DNA from: Polyangiaceae bacterium | GTDB taxonomy: Bacteria > Myxococcota_A > Polyangia > Polyangiales > Polyangiaceae | Assembly (NCBI GenBank): GCA_033763455.1 | Contig: JANRKO010000020.1 | Coordinates: forward strand, 1 to 64,000 | Reading direction: 5' to 3' | Length of the DNA stretch: 64,000 nt | Shown: piece by piece, positions 51,871 through 61,526 of the stretch | How positions within the stretch are numbered: position 1 is the first letter of the stretch | Layout of the letters: each line of letters begins with the position of its first letter | Position numbers and translations under genes: made by a program | Notes under the pieces: generated by a model | The model's database searches: none | Told to the model about the DNA's origin: nothing | What the model saw: only the letters and a program-made list of their open reading frames with translations

Positions 51871-52236
51871 TCAGCCTCCCAAAATCGGCTGGAGCGCCTC
51901 TTGAAAAGCCTCCGGTGTGAAAGGTTTGGCAATCAGAAACTTCGCTCCGGCCGAAGCCGCCTGTTGGCGCATTTCGACAGTTCCTTCCGAAGTGACGAAC
52001 CCAAACGTAACTTTCACGTCCCGTTCACGCAGCGTTTCGAGCAGCTGAATGCCCGTCATGTTTGGCATATTCCAATCACAAAGAACCAGGTGCGGCAGCT
52101 TCTCCTCGATAGCCTTGAGGCCTTCCAACCCATCACCAGCCTCTCGAATATCGTGTTCTCCAAGGCCCGCCTGGCGCAACGTTTTCCGCACAATCATGCG
52201 CATGGCCTTGCTGTCATCAATAATCAATATATCCAT
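51871..52236 (-). CDS. cheY: CheY-like response regulator (copy 2)
   Basis: About 84% identical (hand count) to 35597..35962; GGAGG ribosome site. Confidence 0.9.
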   Translation of the reverse strand: MDILIIDDSKAMRMIVRKTLRQAGLGEHDIREAGDGLEGLKAIEEKLPHLVLCDWNMPNMTGIQLLETLRERDVKVTFGFVTSEGTVEMRQQAASAGAKFLIAKPFTPEAFQEALQPILGG

Positions 52237-52251
52237 CTTGCCCTCCAGAAA

Positions 52252-52277
52252 TCTCTAACCGTCTCTAACCGTCTCTA
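52252..52277. repeat. 10-bp tandem repeat (GTCTCTAACC, about 2.6 copies) in the cheY copy 2 leader
   Basis: Read directly from the sequence. Confidence 0.8.
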
Positions 52278-52508
52278 CGAACGGACGGAGCACACCACAT
52301 CTTCACCGTCTGCCGCAAATTGCAGGAAATTGTCAACAACTCATGACACCATTCCAGAGCATTCGGCGCCTGCGTCACGAAATCACCAAGGTGTGATTCA
52401 TCACTTCTCGTACTCCCACCGAAGCCACCGCTCGCACACTCGCAGCCCGACCACGAGCTCACCGCAGGATGCCTTACGCGCAAGCTAAAAGCGACCGTGA
52501 TATCTGGC

Positions 52509-53741
52509 ATGCTCACTCCCTCGCCCACTCTGGAACAACCGGCACGCCGTGATTCTATGTTGTTGTTAGGCGCACTCGTTTTCTTCCAAATGTTGCCAGC
52601 AACGCTGCTCGTACCAACGGCTCGGCCACTTTTCGCCCAAATTTACCATACAGGCGACAGCTACATTCACGCATTCATGTCGATCAATATGCTGGGTGGA
52701 TTCATTGCTGCGCCCTTCATTGGCTGGGCCACCGATCGCCTTGGATTTCGGCTACCAACCTTCGTGGCTCTCGGATTTCTGGACGCACTCATTCAGTTCC
52801 TGTTACCAACGGGCTTGCCGCTGCCGCTCTTGCTCGCGCTACGCACGCTCCAAGGTGCCACTCACGTGGGCGCAGCAACCTTGTTGTTAACCTGTGCAGC
52901 TTCTACGGCGCGCCGAACCGGCAACGCCAAAGTGATGGGGATCGCGGGCTCTGCGCTCATGTTGGCTGTGGCATTCGGCAGTTCCATCGGAGGGCTCTTG
53001 CTGAAAGCCGGGCTCTCTGTTCCCTTTTGGACCGGGTCAGGCCTCGCGGTGCTGGCGGCCGGGCTCGGGTTTCTGCTGCCTCAACAATGGTGGACCGAGA
53101 GCCGTCGAAGTGGGGTAACGTTTGCACTCCTCAGGAACGAACCGTCCTTGTGGGTCCCGGTGAGTTCGGCGTTTGTCGGGCGGTTCACGGTTGGTTGCAT
53201 TGTTGTAAGCTTCGCGCTTTATGCGCACCGAGCGTTCAACATCACCGATACTCAGGTAGGCCTGCTCTATTCTTTGCTCACGCTACCGTTTGCACTCTTG
53301 ATGTACCCTGCCGCTCGCTTGGGAGATCGCTTTCCGCGGGTGCACGTGCTCGTGGGAGGTGGGGCCGTGTACGCGTTTTCATTGGGGCTCCTAGGGCAAG
53401 TGGGCCCGCTGGCGTTGCCGGGAATCATGGTGTTGATCGGCACCTCGGGCGCCCTAGTGTTTGCATCTACGTTGTGCCTAGCTGCGGGCAATGTGAGCCC
53501 GGAAAGACGCGGCACATCTATGGCCCTCGTGAACTCCGCGGGTTGTTTGGGAATGCTCCTGGGTCCCGCCGTGGCGGGTGGGCTGTCAGTAGCGCTGAAA
53601 GCCCAGGGGTGGGATTCGGTAGAGGCTTACCGCGCCATTTTTGCTGTGGCTGCGCTGTCCTCTCTGCTGTGGCTGGTATCCGTCGCGGTTTGGGCGAAAC
53701 GTCAGCCAACGCGTCGCGAAATTTTCGCTTTTGACCGATGA
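52509..53741 (+). CDS. MFS transporter
   Basis: About 12 TMs, GWATDRLG, RTLQG, RLGDRFPR, ERRG. Confidence 0.88.
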   Translation: MLTPSPTLEQPARRDSMLLLGALVFFQMLPATLLVPTARPLFAQIYHTGDSYIHAFMSINMLGGFIAAPFIGWATDRLGFRLPTFVALGFLDALIQFLLPTGLPLPLLLALRTLQGATHVGAATLLLTCAASTARRTGNAKVMGIAGSALMLAVAFGSSIGGLLLKAGLSVPFWTGSGLAVLAAGLGFLLPQQWWTESRRSGVTFALLRNEPSLWVPVSSAFVGRFTVGCIVVSFALYAHRAFNITDTQVGLLYSLLTLPFALLMYPAARLGDRFPRVHVLVGGGAVYAFSLGLLGQVGPLALPGIMVLIGTSGALVFASTLCLAAGNVSPERRGTSMALVNSAGCLGMLLGPAVAGGLSVALKAQGWDSVEAYRAIFAVAALSSLLWLVSVAVWAKRQPTRREIFAFDR

Positions 53742-53834
53742 AACCGCGAGGGAGCTATTTGAGCTCCGGAGTGCACCGATGCCAAAAATCTACCCATGAG
53801 CTAACGCAGCGGCAGCTTGCGTGCCAATCCTATC

Positions 53835-53964
53835 GTGTGGCACAAATGTGGGCGCCCAGTGTGGCAGAAATGCTGAATTCAGGAGTTCTAACCACCCTTC
53901 GCTAGATGGGGGTCAACAATATCAACTAGTTAAGGCGTGGCGGTTTGGCGGCACGAATTCTGCT
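53835..53964 (+). promoter_or_regulatory. Putative sigma-54 promoter with paired upstream enhancer-like repeats
   Basis: GTGTGGCA[C/G]AAATG at 53835 and 53859; CGGCACG-N4-CTGCT at 53949-53964. Confidence 0.45.
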
Positions 53965-53976
53965 CTATGCATATTC

Positions 53977-54504
53977 ATGATGTCAACCAACTCAGCCGAT
54001 GTTCCCCTCATTGCCCCGTCGTTCCTCAACGCCCACCGTTCCGCACCAGGCCTAAAGCCTCGCGGGCCGGCATCGCACAGGGCCTCACGGGGTAAGTCGA
54101 TAGCTGTGGTAGCTTCTATCCACGCCGAGTCCTTCGAGCTTGAATTTGGGGACAGGTACGTTCGAATCGCCCTACTCGGCTTGCAGACGTTGCGTTCTAT
54201 CGATGCGGTGTACTCGGCCCTGCTGGAATCTCACCACTATCGGGAGGGTCTCAACCTGATTTGGGACCTGCGCGAGGCCGAGCTATTCGGACTCTCCGAT
54301 TGGGACTGGGCCCTGCTCACTTCACGCTTAGCCCGCGCCCCAGTAGCGAAGCGCCGCGCTCGTATGGTGTGGGTGTTGCCTAGGCTTTGCGACGATGCAT
54401 TGGAGGGCAAAGTTCGCCGTCTGATGAGTAAGCTCAAAATGGTCGACTGGCGATTTGCCTCTGAGCTTGAGGGTGCTGTGAGCTGGGCGTCAACCGACGA
54501 ATAA
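53977..54504 (+). CDS. Hypothetical protein, possibly SpoIIAA/STAS-like
   Basis: LIWDLRE ... FASELEGAVSW pattern; start uncertain. Confidence 0.45.
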   Translation: MMSTNSADVPLIAPSFLNAHRSAPGLKPRGPASHRASRGKSIAVVASIHAESFELEFGDRYVRIALLGLQTLRSIDAVYSALLESHHYREGLNLIWDLREAELFGLSDWDWALLTSRLARAPVAKRRARMVWVLPRLCDDALEGKVRRLMSKLKMVDWRFASELEGAVSWASTDE

Positions 54505-54518
54505 CTCCTGGCGTTACA

Positions 54519-55874
54519 CTACGCTTTGACTTCTTCGTAGTGTTGCAGCTTGCGATACAGAGTGCGTCGATCGAATCCCAAGATCCGAGCCGCTTCCACT
54601 TTATTACCGCCAACGGCCTCCATCACGCGAAGGACATACCGCCGTTCGACCTCCTCCATGGGCACAAGCTCGGTCGGATCGAGCGCTGCCACCAATACGT
54701 CAGATGCTCTATATTCGGCGATTCGCTCAGGCAAATCGTCCGCTTGTATTTGCTCGGAGAGGGTTAGAACTACAGCGTGCTGGATGGCGTTCCGCAGCTC
54801 GCGCACGTTACCAGGCCACGGATAGGCTAGTAGGCGCCGTTCGGCATCGAGAGCGAAGCCAACGACGCGCTTGCTGCCCTGTTTGGAGAACTCCGCCGCA
54901 AATAGCTTTGCCAAAAGGAGGATATCCGTTCCACGCGCACGAAGCGGCGGCAACGTAACCTTCACTACATCCAGCCGGTAATAGAGGTCTTCGCGAAAGC
55001 GGCCTTCGGCCACTGCGCCAGCTAGATCTCGATTTGTCGCCGCCACCAATCGAAAGTCCACCGCCGTTTCCCCCGAGCCGCCGACGGCGCGGATCTTCCG
55101 CTCTTCCAGAGCTCGTAAAAGCTTGGGCTGGAGCCCAAGCGGCAGCTCACCGATTTCGTCTAGGAAGAGGGTTCCTCCGCTGGCTTGAACGAACAATCCT
55201 TCGCGGTCCGAGCGTGCATCTGTGAAGGCTCCCTTCTTGTGGCCGAACAGCTCACTTTCAAGCAACGCTTCGGGCAACGCCGAGCAATTCACGGCGATGA
55301 AGGGTCCCCGGCTCCGCGCTCCGGCGTCGTGCACGAAACGCGCGGCCAACTCCTTGCCGGTTCCACTCTCCCCTGTGACAAGGACGCTCGCTTCTGTTGG
55401 TGCCACGCGAACAAGCTTGTCTTTCATCGCCCGCATTGGAGTCGATTCACCCACAATGCCGTCGAACTCCCCACCACGGGTGATGACACGCTGCAGCCGA
55501 AGTACCTCTTTTTTGCTCTCACTTTCAGAAATCACACGCTGCAGCCGTAGAAGAGCTCCAGCCGGGGTAAAAGGTTTGCTCAAAAAGTCATCCGCACCTG
55601 CCTGAATCGCTTGAAACGCGGTTTCGAGGCTGTTCGCGGAGGTCATCACCACTATTGGCAGATGCGGCTGCTTCTGCCGTAGCCGTCGACAGAACTCCAA
55701 GCCGTTCATCTGCGGCATGAGCACGTCCGTCAACACTGCTGCCACCTGGCTGTCCTCAAGACGGCCAAGTGCAGCCTCGGCGTCGGTGAACACCTCCACC
55801 TCAAAGTGAGCTTTGAAGGTAAGCCTGAGGAGCTCTCCCAAGTCGCTGTCGTCGTCGACAATGAACACGCGCAT
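54519..55874 (-). CDS. NtrC-family sigma-54 enhancer-binding response regulator
   Basis: [38 protein letters not shown], Fis-type HTH; AAGGAG ribosome site. Confidence 0.95.
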   Translation of the reverse strand: MRVFIVDDDSDLGELLRLTFKAHFEVEVFTDAEAALGRLEDSQVAAVLTDVLMPQMNGLEFCRRLRQKQPHLPIVVMTSANSLETAFQAIQAGADDFLSKPFTPAGALLRLQRVISESESKKEVLRLQRVITRGGEFDGIVGESTPMRAMKDKLVRVAPTEASVLVTGESGTGKELAARFVHDAGARSRGPFIAVNCSALPEALLESELFGHKKGAFTDARSDREGLFVQASGGTLFLDEIGELPLGLQPKLLRALEERKIRAVGGSGETAVDFRLVAATNRDLAGAVAEGRFREDLYYRLDVVKVTLPPLRARGTDILLLAKLFAAEFSKQGSKRVVGFALDAERRLLAYPWPGNVRELRNAIQHAVVLTLSEQIQADDLPERIAEYRASDVLVAALDPTELVPMEEVERRYVLRVMEAVGGNKVEAARILGFDRRTLYRKLQHYEEVKA

Positions 55875-56084
55875 ATCAGTCTTCTCCTTCATTACGGCAA
55901 CCAGTGCGTGAACAGAAGGCGTGAAACCCGAGCGGCGGGCCGGCAGTCCGGTGACCCTCCCGCCAAAGACCTGACACCTCTCCCGGAAGCGCGCACCGGA
56001 AACCTGTAGTGCCACGAACGCGCGAGCAGCTTAAATTAGGCATATTCCCGCTAAAGCTAGCTCTCGGCGCGTGCTGGCACCCGG

Positions 56085-56100
56085 CTTGCACAGCAGCCTA
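56085..56100 (+). promoter_or_regulatory. Sigma-54 (-24/-12) promoter facing the flagellin gene
   Basis: TGGCAC-CCGGC-TTGCA, with GG and GC exactly 12 nt apart. Confidence 0.7.
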
Positions 56101-56279
56101 CCGAGTGACTTCTCTTGTACGCCCGCCAACGCCAAAAAAGAGCCGCGTAGTGCCGTGCCTTTGCTTCAGACACGACCCGAACGTGCACCCAATATTTCTT
56201 ACTCTCCCGCGAAACTCTCGATTAACTGACTCACCTGCACTCCTAACGTTAGCCTGTGATTCCAGCAAGGCTCGGCTCC

Positions 56280-56395
56280 CAAGGATGTCAACTCGCTGAC
56301 GAAACGCCGCCAGCAGAGTGACCGACTGGCCCCTTTTTGACCGACGAAGCCTCAATCAACCCCACCCAAACTCTCGAATAACCTGAGCACAAGGA
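56280..56395 (+). promoter_or_regulatory. Two CsrA-like sites in the flagellin leader
   Basis: CAAGGATGT (56280-56288) and ACAAGGA overlapping the ribosome site (56389-56395). Confidence 0.45.
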
Positions 56396-56402
56396 AAACA
56401 TC

Positions 56403-57230
56403 ATGCCCCTATTCGTCCAGACGAACTTTGCCGCTCTTGCAGCGCAAAAGAACCTCAACATCAACCAAGGTCAGCTAAACGGTAGCTTCCAGAAACTATC
56501 GAGCGGCTACCGTATCAACTCCGCCGCCGATGACGCCGCGGGCCTTGCCATCAGCGAAGCCATGAAGTCGGACATTCGTTCCTACTCCGTGGCTGAACGA
56601 AACGCGATGGACGGTATCTCCATGGCACAAACGGCTGAAGGCGCCCTGGGTGAGATCCACCAAATTGTCGCTCGCATGCGCGAACTCGCGGTGCAATCTT
56701 CGAACGGCTCGATGAGCTCGCAAGATCGCGGGTTTCTTCAGACGGAGTTCGGTGAGCTTCAGGCTGAAATCGTGCGTATTCAGGGCGCAGCACAGTTCAA
56801 CGGTCAGGCGCTTCTCAACACCGCAGCTACAACCATCGACTTTCAGGTGGGCATCGGCACTACCGCGAGCGACCAGGTTTCCGTGACCTTCGGTGCCGTA
56901 GATCTGACCGCCATCACTGCTGGTATTTCTGTCACGGGCGTGGATGAAACCAACTCTTGGGCAGCCATCAATGCGCTCGACACCTCGATGGACGACATCT
57001 CCACCGCGCGCGCCCGTTTTGGTGCCGTAATGAACAGGCTTGAGGTTTCAGCGGCCACTGTGGCTACCATGCGCGTCAACACCTCCGCTGCCAACTCCCG
57101 CATTCGTGACGTCGACGTCGCAGCAGAAACGGCTTTCCTGAGCCGTAACCAGGTGCTCACTCAAACTGGCATTGCCGTCTTGGCCCAGGCCAACCAGCTT
57201 CCCCAATCCGTACTCCAGTTGCTTCGCTAA
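56403..57230 (+). CDS. fliC: Flagellin, minimal D0/D1-only type (275 aa)
   Basis: KLSSGYRINSAADDAAGLAI, QTAEGAL, RMRELAVQS.NG, RARFGA.MNRL, SRIRDVDVA.E, AQAN. Confidence 0.97.
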   Translation: MPLFVQTNFAALAAQKNLNINQGQLNGSFQKLSSGYRINSAADDAAGLAISEAMKSDIRSYSVAERNAMDGISMAQTAEGALGEIHQIVARMRELAVQSSNGSMSSQDRGFLQTEFGELQAEIVRIQGAAQFNGQALLNTAATTIDFQVGIGTTASDQVSVTFGAVDLTAITAGISVTGVDETNSWAAINALDTSMDDISTARARFGAVMNRLEVSAATVATMRVNTSAANSRIRDVDVAAETAFLSRNQVLTQTGIAVLAQANQLPQSVLQLLR

Positions 57231-57259
57231 GCCCGCCTTTTGGCAACGTAAAGCGGGCT
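57230..57259 (+). terminator. Hairpin right after the flagellin stop codon
   Basis: AGCCCGC...GCGGGCT; no U-tract. Confidence 0.35.
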
Positions 57260-57457
57260 GGCGCTTGGTCGCAGCTTAGATAACCGCGCCAACCCTGCGC
57301 GCATGCGCACAGGCTCACGGGTCGGACATTCTCTGACGTGATAGAAGCGGCTAGCGGCGTCCTTGAAATCGTGATTTCCTGGCGGTTCGGCGATGGGCCG
57401 CTCCCAGCAGGATCGCGCCCGCAACCCACCCACTAAGTAACAGGATGAGGCACGAGC

Positions 57458-57922
57458 ATGACCGCTGACGCTAAGCAGTGGCTTGAAGCAACCATAGCCA
57501 CCATGCGCGATTGCGCTGGGATGTTTGAGGCTGAGGGAGTCGAGGTGCTCGAGGTCTCGGGAGCACTCCCGGCCCACACCGGTGGCGCCTATATCTCCGT
57601 AGTTGGTAGCCAGCAGTCCGCGGAGCTCGGAGTTGTTTGCTCGCCAGATGCGCAACAGGCCCTTGGCCAAAAGTTCCTGGGTGCCGATGCCCCTCTTGCT
57701 CCCGACGAAGTCGCGGATTCGATGCGCGAGATGGCCAACATCGTTGCTGGGGGTCTGAAAACCATGATGGTCCAATACGATCCTACCCTCGCCTTGGGGC
57801 TGCCGATGTTTGTGGACGGAGTTCACCTCGGGTCGAACACGCACACGCACGTCGCGAAGGTGTCGCTCGCAGGCCAAGAAGTTTACTTGATCGTGATCCT
57901 GCGGTCCTCTCACGCCCGCTGA
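57458..57922 (+). CDS. CheX-like protein
   Basis: GAYISVVG, KFLG, DSMREMANIVAGGLK, LGLPMF. Confidence 0.75.
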   Translation: MTADAKQWLEATIATMRDCAGMFEAEGVEVLEVSGALPAHTGGAYISVVGSQQSAELGVVCSPDAQQALGQKFLGADAPLAPDEVADSMREMANIVAGGLKTMMVQYDPTLALGLPMFVDGVHLGSNTHTHVAKVSLAGQEVYLIVILRSSHAR

Positions 57923-58602
57923 CGCGAGGGCTGGGCCCATTTCAGCTGGCTTTGCCCACTTGACCGGACGGACTGGCGTCGAGTTCGGCAACCGTTCAAC
58001 AGCGCTGCGCTTCGAAGGGGGTCAGCGTCTGGGTAATACCGGCGTTTGCCTGGTCTGCCTGCTCCCCACTGATTTTTGCTAGCCAGCTTGCATCCTCGAC
58101 GCGCACGCTGGGTATAGAGAGGGTGGCCAACGCACGTTCGGGGCATTCGCGTCTTTCTGACTTGCCCGACCGCTCCCACCTCCGTCCTGACCCTCGTTCG
58201 CCGGCCGCCGGGAACGTCTTAGGCCAGTTCCAGCAGAAGCCCACTAGCGTTGACGCCTGAGCAACACCCTCCTCATTGAGAATGATGCTTGACCGAGTCC
58301 CTCACTGGGCAAGAGCGCGCGCCCGCGCCCGACGCCGCACGCCAGGACACTGAGAACCTGCAACTGCGTCGCTTTGTCCGAAACCTGCAGTTGCGCCTAG
58401 GCGAACTGAACCCGTCGCGCACAACGCAACGAGATGGCAAAAAAGCTACCAAAACCTAGGCCACAAAGGCTCAACAACAATCAATCAACAACCTTCGCTC
58501 CCTCCACAGGCGCAAGCTCCCGCAGCGTCATCACCAGATACCATGACACGCATCATCTGGTTCCGTGCATAGATTTCTCAAAAAAAAAAGGCCCACGCGC
58601 CT

Positions 58603-58629
58603 TAAATCGCTATCTTCGCCAACCGTTCC
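58603..58629 (+). promoter_or_regulatory. Sigma-28-like promoter for the cheA2 operon
   Basis: TAAA-N15-ACCGTTCC. Confidence 0.4.
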
Positions 58630-58705
58630 ACTCAGCTCGAACAGAGGGAAATAAGGCATATCGCGATTCCCGTGACCCACGTTCACTACTTTCAGGTAAG
58701 CGCCC

Positions 58706-61045
58706 ATGACGGAACTTGATGACGTCGTTAAAGAATTCTTGGTTGAAAGCCATGAGAACCTGAGTGCGCTGGAGCAGGATCTGGTTCGGCTGGAGCAAAC
58801 CCCAGACGACTCAAAGGAAGCCCTCGCTCGGATATTCCGCACGGTGCACACAGTCAAAGGCACCTGCGGGTTTCTAGGATTCTCCAAACTTGAGAGCGTC
58901 ACCCACGTCGGCGAGAACCTGTTGAGCAAGCTGCGTGACGGCGTTCTCCACGTTACAGGGGACATAACCTCCGCACTTTTGGCCTTAGTGGACGCCATCC
59001 GGGAGATGCTAACCTCGGTCGAAACGACCGGAGAGGAGGGCCCGGGGGACTACAGTGCTCTCATCGCCGAGCTCACCCGCCTGCTTGAACCCAAGCAGGC
59101 TCCCCCAAAACCACAACTTCGAGCCGCTGATGCATCCGTTGAGGTGGAGCGAGCGGAAGCCCCAGTGGCTCCCATCGGGGAGCTCTTGGTCCAAGCGGGC
59201 CGCGTGACCCGCGAAGAGGTCAAAGAGGTGCTTGAGCTCCAGCAGGCGGGCGACCCCCGGCACGTAGGCGAAATCTTAGTGGAGCAAGGCAGAATTGTTC
59301 CCGAAGACGTGGTGGACGCGCTCAACGTCCAGAAGAAGGCCAAGCCGCAAACGGGAGGCCTTGCCGACACAACTATTCGCGTCGAAGTGAGCCAACTGGA
59401 TAAGCTCATGAACCTCGTGGGCGAGCTTGTTTTGGCTCGAAATCAGATCCTACAGTTCATCGGCCCGGACACCGACGCAGTACTGCAAACCACCACTCAG
59501 CGACTGAACCTCGTTACCACTGAGCTGCAGGAAGGCGTGATGAAGACGCGCATGCAGCCCATCGATACCGTGTGGTCCAAGTTCCCAAGAGTGATTCGGG
59601 ACTTAGCGCGTTCCTGCAGGAAGCGTGTACGCGTTGAGATGGAAGGGCGAGATACCGAGCTCGATAAGACGATTATCGAGGCGATCAAAGATCCACTCAC
59701 ACACATCGTTCGCAATGCGGTCGACCACGGCGTGGAATCTCCCGAAGAGCGAGAAGCAGCAGGAAAGCCACCGGAAGGCTTCTTAAGGCTCCAAGCATTT
59801 CATGAAGGCGGACACGTAAACATAGAGATATCGGACGATGGTGGCGGCATCGATCCGGAGAAACTAAAGCGCAAAGCGCAGGAAAAAGGCCTGGTATCAG
59901 CCGCTGCTTTGGCACGCATGTCCGAGCGTGAGCTTCTTTCATTAATTTTCATGCCCGGCTTTTCGACGGCCAAGGAAGTCACCAACGTCTCCGGCCGCGG
60001 AGTGGGCATGGATGTGGTGAAGACCAACATCGAACGCATTGGCGGTACCGTGGATATTAGTAGCCGCATCGGTGCCGGAACAACCATCCATATCAAGATC
60101 CCCCTCACCTTAGCGATCATTCCCGCACTTGTGGTGGCTTCCGGTCACGAGCGTTTTGCGATTCCGCAGGTGAGCCTTTTGGAGCTCGTGCGCATGGATC
60201 TGGAAAAGCCCAACGGGGGCATTGAAGACGTGAGCGGTGTGCCCGTGTATCGATTGCGCGGGAACCTGCTTCCAATAGTTGACCTTGGCTTCGAGCTTTT
60301 CGGAAAGAAGTCCAACATCGGCGAAAATGGCGTAGCCACCATTGTTGTTCTGCAAGCCGATGAGCGGCAGTTTGGGCTTTTGGTCGAAGAGATCCACGAC
60401 ACCGAGGAAATCGTCGTAAAACCTCTAGGCAAGCAGCTCAAGAATCTCTCCGCATTCTCAGGTGCGACCATCATGGGAGACGGCCGCGTAGCCCTAATCT
60501 TAGACGTTTTGGGGCTGGCTCAAATGGCGCGTGTCGTGGGTACAACGCGAGATCGTTCGCTCGGCGATCGTGGCAAACATGCGCAAGAGTCAGCCGAGAA
60601 GCCGGAATCGTTGCTGCTGGTACGTGTGGGTACACGCCAGACTCTGGCTATCCCGCTCAGGCTCGTGGCACGCCTCGAAGAAGTTGCGTTAGATTCGGTC
60701 GAAAGGGCTGGTGCCAGCAACGTCGTTCAGTATCGCGGGCAGATCATGCCCCTCATCCACCTGAGCGAGGTTGTTTCTGAGATTGTAGAAGCGGATCTGG
60801 TTGCGCCCGAAGTATTGTCCGTAGTGGTATTCGATCACCTGGGGCAAAGCGTGGGCCTCGTGGTTTCGGCCATCGTAGATATCGTGGATGAGGCCGTAAA
60901 GCGCCACTCAACCGCCAAACGCCCAGGAATTTTGGGCTCCGGCGTGGTGCAAGGGCAGGTTGTTGAGTTGGTTGATCTTCCTGGGTTGATGCAGCGCGTA
61001 TTGCCCCGCGCCGTTTCGGACGCCCCCGCCGCACTCGTAGCTTGA
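58706..61045 (+). CDS. cheA: CheA with an MshEN-like insert in place of P2 and two C-terminal CheW domains
   Basis: FRTVHTVKG, LMNLVGELVL, HIVRNAVDHG, SGRGVGMDVV, two CheW-like modules. Confidence 0.95.
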   Translation: MTELDDVVKEFLVESHENLSALEQDLVRLEQTPDDSKEALARIFRTVHTVKGTCGFLGFSKLESVTHVGENLLSKLRDGVLHVTGDITSALLALVDAIREMLTSVETTGEEGPGDYSALIAELTRLLEPKQAPPKPQLRAADASVEVERAEAPVAPIGELLVQAGRVTREEVKEVLELQQAGDPRHVGEILVEQGRIVPEDVVDALNVQKKAKPQTGGLADTTIRVEVSQLDKLMNLVGELVLARNQILQFIGPDTDAVLQTTTQRLNLVTTELQEGVMKTRMQPIDTVWSKFPRVIRDLARSCRKRVRVEMEGRDTELDKTIIEAIKDPLTHIVRNAVDHGVESPEEREAAGKPPEGFLRLQAFHEGGHVNIEISDDGGGIDPEKLKRKAQEKGLVSAAALARMSERELLSLIFMPGFSTAKEVTNVSGRGVGMDVVKTNIERIGGTVDISSRIGAGTTIHIKIPLTLAIIPALVVASGHERFAIPQVSLLELVRMDLEKPNGGIEDVSGVPVYRLRGNLLPIVDLGFELFGKKSNIGENGVATIVVLQADERQFGLLVEEIHDTEEIVVKPLGKQLKNLSAFSGATIMGDGRVALILDVLGLAQMARVVGTTRDRSLGDRGKHAQESAEKPESLLLVRVGTRQTLAIPLRLVARLEEVALDSVERAGASNVVQYRGQIMPLIHLSEVVSEIVEADLVAPEVLSVVVFDHLGQSVGLVVSAIVDIVDEAVKRHSTAKRPGILGSGVVQGQVVELVDLPGLMQRVLPRAVSDAPAALVA

Positions 61046-61057
61046 AAAGGGAACTCT

Positions 61058-61507
61058 ATGCTGACTGAGAACCAATACTGCACGTTCACATTGGGCCCAT
61101 TCATGTTCGGAGTCGGTGTGCGTGAGGTGCAAGAGGTCATTCGCTACCAAGAGATGACACGTGTGCCCTTGGCCCCACGCACGGTGGGAGGCCTTATCAA
61201 TCTACGCGGGCAGATAGTGGTAGCCGTAGATTTGCGCGAGCGATTGGGCTTACCCGCGCGCGATTCAACGGTGCTTCCTATGAATGTGGTCGTGTGCTCT
61301 GACGACGGTGCCGTGAGCCTTTTGGTCGACGAAATCGGCGACGTTATCGAGGTCAGCCCGTCCGAATTTGAAGCCGCACCCGACACACTTACGGGAACAG
61401 CTCGAGATCTAATAACCGGCGTCTACAAACTTGAGGGAAAGCTCCTGCTCGTTCTCGACGTCAACAAGACCGCCACCACTGAACTTGAAATCGCAAAAGT
61501 TGCCTAG
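61058..61507 (+). CDS. cheW: CheW
   Basis: YCTF, VQEVIR, GLINLRGQIV. Confidence 0.93.
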   Translation: MLTENQYCTFTLGPFMFGVGVREVQEVIRYQEMTRVPLAPRTVGGLINLRGQIVVAVDLRERLGLPARDSTVLPMNVVVCSDDGAVSLLVDEIGDVIEVSPSEFEAAPDTLTGTARDLITGVYKLEGKLLLVLDVNKTATTELEIAKVA

Positions 61508-61526
61508 ATTTTTGAGGGAAATATTC

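Noticed and set aside
56352..56381. Sigma-28 promoter directly before flagellin (TCAA...TCGAATAA)
   Set aside because: Spacing is 14 or 18 and the match is weak; the sigma-54 motif is much better
57923..58705. c-di-GMP riboswitch, or phase variation at the A10 tract
   Set aside because: No GEMM core motif recognised by eye; a single homopolymer is not evidence of switching
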